DNA from: Nitrospirota bacterium
GTDB lineage: Bacteria; Nitrospirota; UBA9217
DNA: 64,000 nucleotides
Assembly (NCBI GenBank): GCA_963845065.1
Contig: CAWJQQ010000002.1
Coordinates: forward strand, 160,001-224,000
Direction: 5' to 3'
Every line of letters starts with the position of its first letter. Positions within the stretch are counted from its first letter, which is position 1. The position numbers and the translations under genes were made by a program. The notes beneath the pieces were generated by a model, which was not told where the DNA came from, did not search any database, and saw nothing but the letters and a program-made list of their open reading frames with translations. This document shows, in pieces, positions 20,017 to 27,300 of this stretch.

Positions 20017-21021
20017 TTACCGCACCGCGTTGACCAGCGCCGCTACATTCTCCTCCGGTGATTCAAGCGGTATTTCGCACCCCGAGGAGAGCATAAAGCC
20101 CCCCCGGCCATGAAATAAGCGGAGCAGGTTCTTGGCTTCCGCCGCAATGTCCGCAGCACTTCCCTCCACAAACATGACGGACTTGATATTTCCATCGATA
20201 CACGTGGCCGGAAGTTTGCCCATCGCCTCGGCCGGACTTACGCTATAATCAACATTCGCAATATGGACCCCGGCTTTTGGGTAATATGACAGAATCGACC
20301 CCGCAGGCCCGGCGATATGCAGCCAGTTCGCAAAAGCCCCTGCCCCTGTAAAAGCCTGGAATACAAGCTTGAGCCGGGGAAGTTCGAACTCCCGGAAAAA
20401 CTGGGGGGGAATGACAGCGGGAGATGAGGAGGGGTCGAAAACAATCGGCAGATGGGCCCCCGCCTGAAGCTGGGCCAGGCCAAATCTTATTATGACTTCT
20501 GTCGCAAAATCCATCAGGCGCTCCAAGCGGGGAGAATCATCGATCGCGAGGTTAAGCGCGGCTTCTATCCCGAGCAATTGCGTCGTGAGCGTAAAAGGAC
20601 CAAGTACGCAGCCGACGATCAGCACTTCGTTCCTGAGATATCCCTTAAGAATTGTCAGGGCCTTCAGCATCTCAGGCATGCGCCCGGCCAGCTGCGGATC
20701 GGGAATTGTCAGTGCGTTCCAATCCTCGTTTCGGGATAGCGCATGGCGTCCGATCACCGGGTACTGGTTTTTTCGGTACTGCAACATTGAACCCAAAGCC
20801 TCGGTCTCCACATTGACGTCCATCGCCGCAAAAACGGCGTCATAATCGTAGTGTCGCTGCGCATCCAATTGGCATTGGGCGAGCGTTTCGCCGTTACGCA
20901 CGTAGTCGTCCACAGGCACATGGGCCAAAGAGGCAGCGTGCGCGAACACCTGCGCGATGACAGGAACCCTGTCCGTGTCTCGAAATTTTAAGGTCGCGGC
21001 AATCCGCTCAAGACTGTTCAT
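20017..21021 (-). CDS. Uroporphyrinogen decarboxylase superfamily protein, MtaA/CmuA-like corrinoid methyltransferase
   Basis: DRVPV, ETEALG, GPFTL, LHIAG, GNI and SSGCEIP..PEEN motifs; adjacent to a corrinoid protein. Confidence 0.85.
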   Translation of the reverse strand: MNSLERIAATLKFRDTDRVPVIAQVFAHAASLAHVPVDDYVRNGETLAQCQLDAQRHYDYDAVFAAMDVNVETEALGSMLQYRKNQYPVIGRHALSRNEDWNALTIPDPQLAGRMPEMLKALTILKGYLRNEVLIVGCVLGPFTLTTQLLGIEAALNLAIDDSPRLERLMDFATEVIIRFGLAQLQAGAHLPIVFDPSSSPAVIPPQFFREFELPRLKLVFQAFTGAGAFANWLHIAGPAGSILSYYPKAGVHIANVDYSVSPAEAMGKLPATCIDGNIKSVMFVEGSAADIAAEAKNLLRLFHGRGGFMLSSGCEIPLESPEENVAALVNAVR

Positions 21022-21169
21022 TTCCTTCCCCTAGTAATCGGGCGGTTCCTATGCAAGAACACAACGTCAAACAACTATGTATCCGCTTCTCAACGGGACG
21101 CACAATTGAACTTCGTTTCATATTGCATTCGCCCTTTTCCCCCCAGTTCGGCGAAGCGTTCTCATTTCC

Positions 21170-21811
21170 TCATCCCGCTGGGCTGTTAATTTGTTCCAGA
21201 AAACGGAGGCTGTCGAATGCCGTCTCTCCAACAAAATCGACATTGAGTTTGTCCCGTGAAGATTGTTTCAATGCCCCGCCGCCAGCCATGACTTTCACGG
21301 ACTCAAGCCCGCGAAGGACCAACTGCTGCTTCACCTGTTTTACCAGCGGGATGACCGGGGTGATAAGACCGCTGATCCCGATTGCCAGGGGCCGTTCTTG
21401 CTCCGTTATTTCCATGAGTTTTTTCAGAGGACAATCTTTGCCGCCGTCCACAACGTGATAGCCCTTGCCACTGAGGATCATTTTTAGAATGTTTTTGCCT
21501 AGGTCATGAACGTCCCCTTCCAGGGTCGCAATGACAACCGTACCCTTCGTGTCCAATGTTGCCGCACCGGGAGGCTGAAGGACCTTCATGACATCCGTGA
21601 CAGCGCGGCCCGCCAGCATGATTTCCAGGAGGTTGAATTGTTCGAGCGTGCATTTTGCGTCCAGAGTCGCCATGGCAGCTTCGACGCCGTGAATGACGAT
21701 TTCCTTCGAACCGACCCCGCTTTCAAGGAGATGTTCAGCATGTAAAATTGCCGTATCGCCATCGCCTTCGAGAATCGCCGCAACGAGAGATTTCATCATA
21801 GGATCGATCAT
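21170..21811 (-). CDS. Cobalamin-binding corrinoid protein (MtaC/MtbC-like: cap plus B12-binding domain)
   Basis: GDVHDLGKN (DxHxxG), ISGL and VMAGG motifs; N-terminal helical cap. Confidence 0.92.
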   Translation of the reverse strand: MIDPMMKSLVAAILEGDGDTAILHAEHLLESGVGSKEIVIHGVEAAMATLDAKCTLEQFNLLEIMLAGRAVTDVMKVLQPPGAATLDTKGTVVIATLEGDVHDLGKNILKMILSGKGYHVVDGGKDCPLKKLMEITEQERPLAIGISGLITPVIPLVKQVKQQLVLRGLESVKVMAGGGALKQSSRDKLNVDFVGETAFDSLRFLEQINSPAG

Positions 21812-22058
21812 AGAGGATAATAGGGCCGAGATGTTAACAGAATGTATAGCTTACGGATTCTACTCAGTCCTTCTTTCTTTATTCGCTAGTGATCCACGCA
21901 AACCGCCAATGAGAGTTACGACTGCATCAGGGAGCGTGAAAAGTTTCTCAAACCTGAACCTCCCCATGGCTGAAGCCAGGGGGTTCTGAAAACCTTATCC
22001 AATTACTCTTCCGGGCTCTCACGACTGCAAGGGCCAGCCGCTACAACCCTTCACTACC

Positions 22059-23576
22059 TTAAATGCCAGCAGCTACAACTTCCCGGACATCGATCTTGGC
22101 ATGGTCTTCTTTCACAGGCGATCCGCTCTGTCTCCGGCCCAAACGAGTACGTTGTTTGAGACCGAAGCTGTGAGGAAAAGCACTCCTCACATTCGCAGAT
22201 TGTTGCTGCAATCTCGATACCGCCTGTTTAAGGAGCGGTTCCGCACCCGGCCAGTATCTACTTGCCTCAGCCGTATCGAGAACACCATCTTGAACGTGAT
22301 ACGCAAGATATGCGGAATAGAGGTCCCGTTGGGCTGCTACTCCGCATTCACATACATGTTGCCGCTGCGAGAGCGGTTTTTTCTTTACTGTTCCGCAATG
22401 GCAGGTTTGAGACAGCCTGAGTTTTCGAGTCGGGAGTTCAATCACTTTTCCGCCGGCACTCTCAGCCTTGCGAGAAAGCATTGATACAAAGGTTCCCGGT
22501 GCCCTTAAGCCCACGCTTTTACCAAAATTACGCTGCAATGATTTGTAGCTTAGTGTTTCAATATTAATGTGATTTCCCAGTGTTAAAACTTCATTGGCTA
22601 GCTTGCCATGAAGAGATTTTCTCTGCGCGGCTTGTTTCCGGTGAAGTTCTGATACTGCGGTCCGTATCGTCTGATAGTTCTTTGAATTGGTCCAGGTCTT
22701 GGCACCCTTTTTAACTGTGCCATCGGCGTTATAATTCCCAGAGTTTGTGGCCCTTCGTGACCGATCGAGCGCCCGTTGCAATCGTTTAATGGTCTTTTCG
22801 AGCGGTTCCAGCTCTTTACAAAACTGCTGAAGATCGGCGTAGCCATGAGTATAAATAGCATACGTAGACGGGCCGAGATCCAGGGCGATTGTACCATCAG
22901 AGATGATGTTTTTGGTTTTCTGCTTCGGCAGCCCTTCCTGCACTAGCTGGGCGTAGAAGTAGTTTTTACTGCGCATCCGCCTGCAGACCAGCCTTACATA
23001 TTTTGTCCTACAGGAAAGGGCGTGGGCCTGCACGCCATGCTTGTCTTTTTTGTCGAATAAGCAGGGCAGTTCAAGACCAATCCACTCGATACGGCTTTGC
23101 TTTTCGTCTGTGCGGAAACGTATGCCAGCGGCGTTGCTCTTGGATTCAACACTTAAGAGTTGATGCTTGCCTTTGAACCTTGGTCTACCTCTTTTATTGA
23201 ACGCATATTTTTGGACAGCATCAAACGCCCGGGTGGCGATTTTCTGGACGGTATGAACATCCAGGTGATCACCGATATGGCAGGCGTTCTTTGCCGCGCC
23301 AGCAAACTTGTGCAAGCTGTATGCTGAAAAACCGAACTTCTCATTCACAGCCTTAAATGCATCGGAACGCAATCCCTTATCCTTATAGGGTATAATGCGT
23401 GCTTTTTGATATTGCTTGGATTCCCGTATGAGATCCAGGCGTTTGAGAGATTCGCCGAGACAGGCATTGTAAAGTTGCCGGGCCACGTCCATGCGCATGA
23501 GGAGTATCCTCTCCTGAGATGTACTGACCAGAAGAGACAATTCATGGATAAACGATGGTGTTGTTTTCTTTCCCAT
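22059..23576 (-). CDS. tnpB: RNA-guided endonuclease TnpB (505 aa)
   Basis: RuvC D (ALDLG), E (NIETL) and D (QRDLYSA); zinc finger TCHCG...CECG. Confidence 0.92.
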   Translation of the reverse strand: MGKKTTPSFIHELSLLVSTSQERILLMRMDVARQLYNACLGESLKRLDLIRESKQYQKARIIPYKDKGLRSDAFKAVNEKFGFSAYSLHKFAGAAKNACHIGDHLDVHTVQKIATRAFDAVQKYAFNKRGRPRFKGKHQLLSVESKSNAAGIRFRTDEKQSRIEWIGLELPCLFDKKDKHGVQAHALSCRTKYVRLVCRRMRSKNYFYAQLVQEGLPKQKTKNIISDGTIALDLGPSTYAIYTHGYADLQQFCKELEPLEKTIKRLQRALDRSRRATNSGNYNADGTVKKGAKTWTNSKNYQTIRTAVSELHRKQAAQRKSLHGKLANEVLTLGNHINIETLSYKSLQRNFGKSVGLRAPGTFVSMLSRKAESAGGKVIELPTRKLRLSQTCHCGTVKKKPLSQRQHVCECGVAAQRDLYSAYLAYHVQDGVLDTAEASRYWPGAEPLLKQAVSRLQQQSANVRSAFPHSFGLKQRTRLGRRQSGSPVKEDHAKIDVREVVAAGI

Positions 23577-23588
23577 ACAACTCCCTGA

Positions 23589-23993
23589 TTAAACAACTTT
23601 CTGGTGCTCAATATATTGTTTGATAACGGCCAACGGCGCCCCACCAACGGTAGAAACAAAGTAGCTGTTGGTCCAAAGTGTTGGAATCCGGGTCCGGAGA
23701 ACCTTGAATTCTGAACGAAGCAGTCTGGAGCTTCTGCCCTTTATCTGCTTGACTAGCCGATGAATGCCATACTGCGGACCAACCTCTACCAGTAAATGTA
23801 CGTGATCCGGCATTATCTCAATCTCAATAATTTCAGATTTTCTCTCGGAAACCACATCCCTGATAATTGTTTTCAACCGTCCGGCGATACTGCCGGTCAA
23901 CACGCTCTTCCGGTACTTAGGACACCACACAACATGATATTTACAGCTGTAAACTACATTATTATTGGACTTATACGTCTTTATATCAATCAT
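23589..23993 (-). CDS. tnpA: IS200/IS605 Y1 (HUH) transposase
   Basis: YHVVWCPKYR, MPDHVH (HUH), LWTNSYFVSTVG and KQYIEHQ catalytic Tyr. Confidence 0.95.
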   Translation of the reverse strand: MIDIKTYKSNNNVVYSCKYHVVWCPKYRKSVLTGSIAGRLKTIIRDVVSERKSEIIEIEIMPDHVHLLVEVGPQYGIHRLVKQIKGRSSRLLRSEFKVLRTRIPTLWTNSYFVSTVGGAPLAVIKQYIEHQKVV

Positions 23994-24080
23994 ACAGCAT
24001 ATTATACAGCATATAGTTGTATAATACAACTCCTATCCCCATGTCTAAAGCCAGGGGTTTGCGGAGTTGAAAGGCTTTTG

Positions 24081-24194
24081 GTCAGTTTTGGTATGGTGTT
24101 CCTTCACAGGCGATCCACTATGTCTCCGGCCGAGACCGAAGCTTTGGGGAAATGCAGTCCCCGCATCTGCAGATTGGAAAATCAGTCTCGATAC
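24081..24194 (-). pseudogene. Relic of a paralogous tnpB 3' end (omegaRNA-overlapping region)
   Basis: Translates as VSRLIFQSADAGTAFPQSFGLGRRHSGSPVKEHHTKTD, similar to the C-terminus of TnpB encoded at 22090-22220. Confidence 0.75.
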
Positions 24195-24361
24195 AACAGC
24201 GACACGCTGAATTTGAGTGGAACGTCCAAAATCCCCGGGAAAAGCGCCCTGTCAACTTACTTCGTAAACGCTTTTTTGAGGCCTGAATTTTGCAGACGAT
24301 CAGTTCTTCAAATTTCTCGACCATCTTTTTGTTGTTGAGTTCCTTATCCTCAGTCCTCTTC

Positions 24362-27300
24362 TTACCCAAGCGTGAAAAACACGGTTGCTCCTTTACCGAC
24401 TTCCCCCTCCGCCCAGACCGCACCGCCGTGACGGCGGATGATGCGTTCGACTATTGCAAGACCGATTCCCGTACCCTCGAACTCCTTCTCTGTATGCAAC
24501 CGCTGGAATGGGAAGAACATCTTACTTGCTAAGGTCTGATCGAAGCCTGCGCCATTGTCTCTGACATAGTAGACGGTCTTTCCTTCTTTTTCGAAGGCGC
24601 TGAATTCAATGCGCGCGTTCACCGTTTTCGAGGTGAATTTCCAAGCGTTTTCGATCAGGTTGGCAAGCGCTACCCTGATCAGATTCGGGTCCACGGAGGC
24701 GCGCAGTCCTTCTTCAATCGAGAATTCGACGCTCCTGCCGGGATCTGCCTCGCAAAGGCCAGCCGCGATCGAGGAAGCCTGTCTGCTGAGATCATAGTCG
24801 ATCCGGTCCATATCATGTTTTGATATCCGCGAAAGGCGAAGCAGGTCGTCTATGAGCTCCGTCATTTTCTCTGAAGCATTGGTTATGCGCATCAAATAGT
24901 CTCTAGGCTCATTTTCCAGCTTGTTGCCGTACTCCTCAATGAGGATTTTGGAGAAGCCGGCCATGGTCCGGAGCGGCGCCCGTAGATCATGGGACACCGA
25001 GTAGATGAAGGCTTCAAGTTCCTTGTTGATCGTTTCCAGTTCGTCAGTCCGGAAACGCAATGACTGCTCCCCGCGCATGCGCGTCATTGCAACAGCCACC
25101 TGGTCAGTGACCGCTTTCATGAGGGACAGTTCGTCGTCGCTGAAGGTCTCGCGGCTCTTCGTGCCGAAAGAAAGCGTGCCGATGACCATGCCTCCCGGTC
25201 CAAGGATCGGGTAGCATGCGTACGCTTTGATACCATAAGACTTTACAAGTTCGGTGCGCTTGTCCGATGTCGCCGGTATGTGCTCTGCAATGATGCGTTG
25301 ACCTTCTCGGGCCACATACCCGCAGACTGCGACCCCGAGGTCCAGCCATTCAATCCGCCTGGCATCTTCTTCCGAGATGCCCGCGTATGCATTCAGATGC
25401 AAACGGCCAACTTTTTCGTCCACGAGAAAGTTGAAGAAAGCATGACAATCCAGATACTCCATCACCTCCCGGCATAGCGACTCGACGGCCTTTTGCGGTT
25501 CCGGGATCTGCAGGAGTTCGCCTGCAGTCCGGGACAAAAGCTCTAAGCGCTGCAGACTGTGCTGAAGCGATGCTTCGGTTCTCTTGCGCTCGGTGATGTC
25601 GAAAAACACCACAGCGAAGCGGCCGGGCTCGGTTTGATAAGCGCTGACCTCGAACCATTTATCGAGTGGGCCGAAGCGTTCCTCAAAATGCTCCGGCTCG
25701 CCGGTTAAGGCGACCTTGCCGTATCGTTCGAACCAAACTGGCTCGGCTTCAGGGAATAGTTCGCGAGTGGTACGGCCGACAATGTCCTTGGCCTTCAATC
25801 CTGTGTGGCGCTCGAACGCAGGGTTGATCGATAAGTAGCGGAGATCAATGGGTTTCCCCGCGCCGTCCACGATGATCTCATCGAGCGAGAAGCCTTCAGT
25901 CATCGTCTCGAAGAGTGTCCGGAACCGGGCCTCGCTTTCCCTAAGCGCCTCCACAGCCAGTTTGCGCTCGGTGATGTCCAGAACCAGCGACATGACAGAT
26001 GTCATCTTACCGCCCTTATCCTGCAGCACCGTGTTGTACCATGTGCAGTGAATCACCCTGCCGTCCTTCGTATAATTGCGATTGGTCGAGACGACATGCC
26101 GCGACACACCGTCCATCAGCTTCTCCATGGTCTTCTGGACGATGGGGATGTCCTCTTCGAAAATCATGCGTAAGTCCATGATTGGCTTGCCGACTACCTC
26201 GATTGCGCTCCACCCAAAGATCTTTTCAGACTCGCCAGCCCATCGCGTTACTATGAAATCGGCGTTCCACTCGACAACTGCCAGCGGAGAATTTTCGACG
26301 TGATAGCGCAGACGTTCCTCGCTCTGCCGCAGCGTCTCCTCAGCATTCTTGCGCTCTGTGATGTCTTCGCTGAAGATCACGATACCGCCGACATCTCCCG
26401 CCGCATCGTGCCAGGGGCGCACCTCCCATCGAAGCCACTGTACTGATCCGTCAAGCCGATCGAAGCGGTCGTTGTCCTCGCGCACCACTTCACCGGCGAG
26501 CCCGCGGCGATGGATCTCTTTCCAGCGCTCAGGGATTTCCGGGAAGATGTCATAATGCGAAAGCCCGCGCAAATCTCGCTCACCGAGCCCGTAATCGCTC
26601 ATCCAGCGACGGCTTACGCTCAGGTAGCGCATTGTGCGATCGAACATGGCCAAAGACGCAGGTGCATATTCAATGAACAGCTTCAGGCGTTCTTCGCTCG
26701 CTCGTAAAGCCTCCTGCGCCCGCTTGCGTTTGGTGATATCATACGCGTATAGGCGCGCTGCATTGAATTGAGGAACGAGTTGAATGGTTTCATTGAAAAC
26801 CCGGTCGTTAACAGCGACCTCGCGGTTGACGAAGGTGTCTATGTTCTTCTCCAGGTCTTTTAAGATGATGTCCATGTCCTTTGGAAAGAAAGCACTGATC
26901 TCACCCTTGTCCATGCCCAGGCTTTCAAGAATACGTTCCGTAGCCGGGTTTATGTAGCTGACGCTGCCGGAAGCATTCATTTCGATGACCGGATTCGGGT
27001 TCAGTTGCGGGAACGAGGCGAGGTTCCGCGTGCGCTCTTCCGCGCGTTTCAGCTCCGTGACGTCGTTATAGGTGATGACAACACCCTCGATGCGGTTGTC
27101 CGCGGTACGGTAGGGGAGCGTTGTCCGGACATAAGACGTGCCGTTGATCTTAAGCTCTTGCCGCAGCGGCACGAGCTGTTCAAGGACGGACTGTGCGTCT
27201 ACGATGAGGTCGCTACCGAGGTTTTCCTGGGACATATCGACGATCGGCCTGCCGATGTCGGAAGGAATGAGTTTAAGCAGCTTCGACATGGCAGCGGTGA

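Larger units (their letters stand above)
21954..24080 (-). mobile_element. IS200/IS605-family element (tnpA+tnpB); left boundary approximate
   Basis: Subterminal hairpins CCCCATG(G/T)CT(G/A)AAGCCAGGGG at about 21962 and 24037; right end reads GAAC-hairpin-TCAG on the minus strand; probable TGAC target at 24081-24084. Confidence 0.88.

Noticed and set aside
18336..21811. hgcAB-like mercury methylation system (corrinoid protein near a ferredoxin domain)
   Set aside because: HgcA has a CFeSP-type cap-helix motif N(V/I)WCA(A/G)GK and TM helices, and HgcB has two CxxCxxCxxxC motifs. Here the protein is a DxHxxG type and the ferredoxin is a [2Fe-2S] type.
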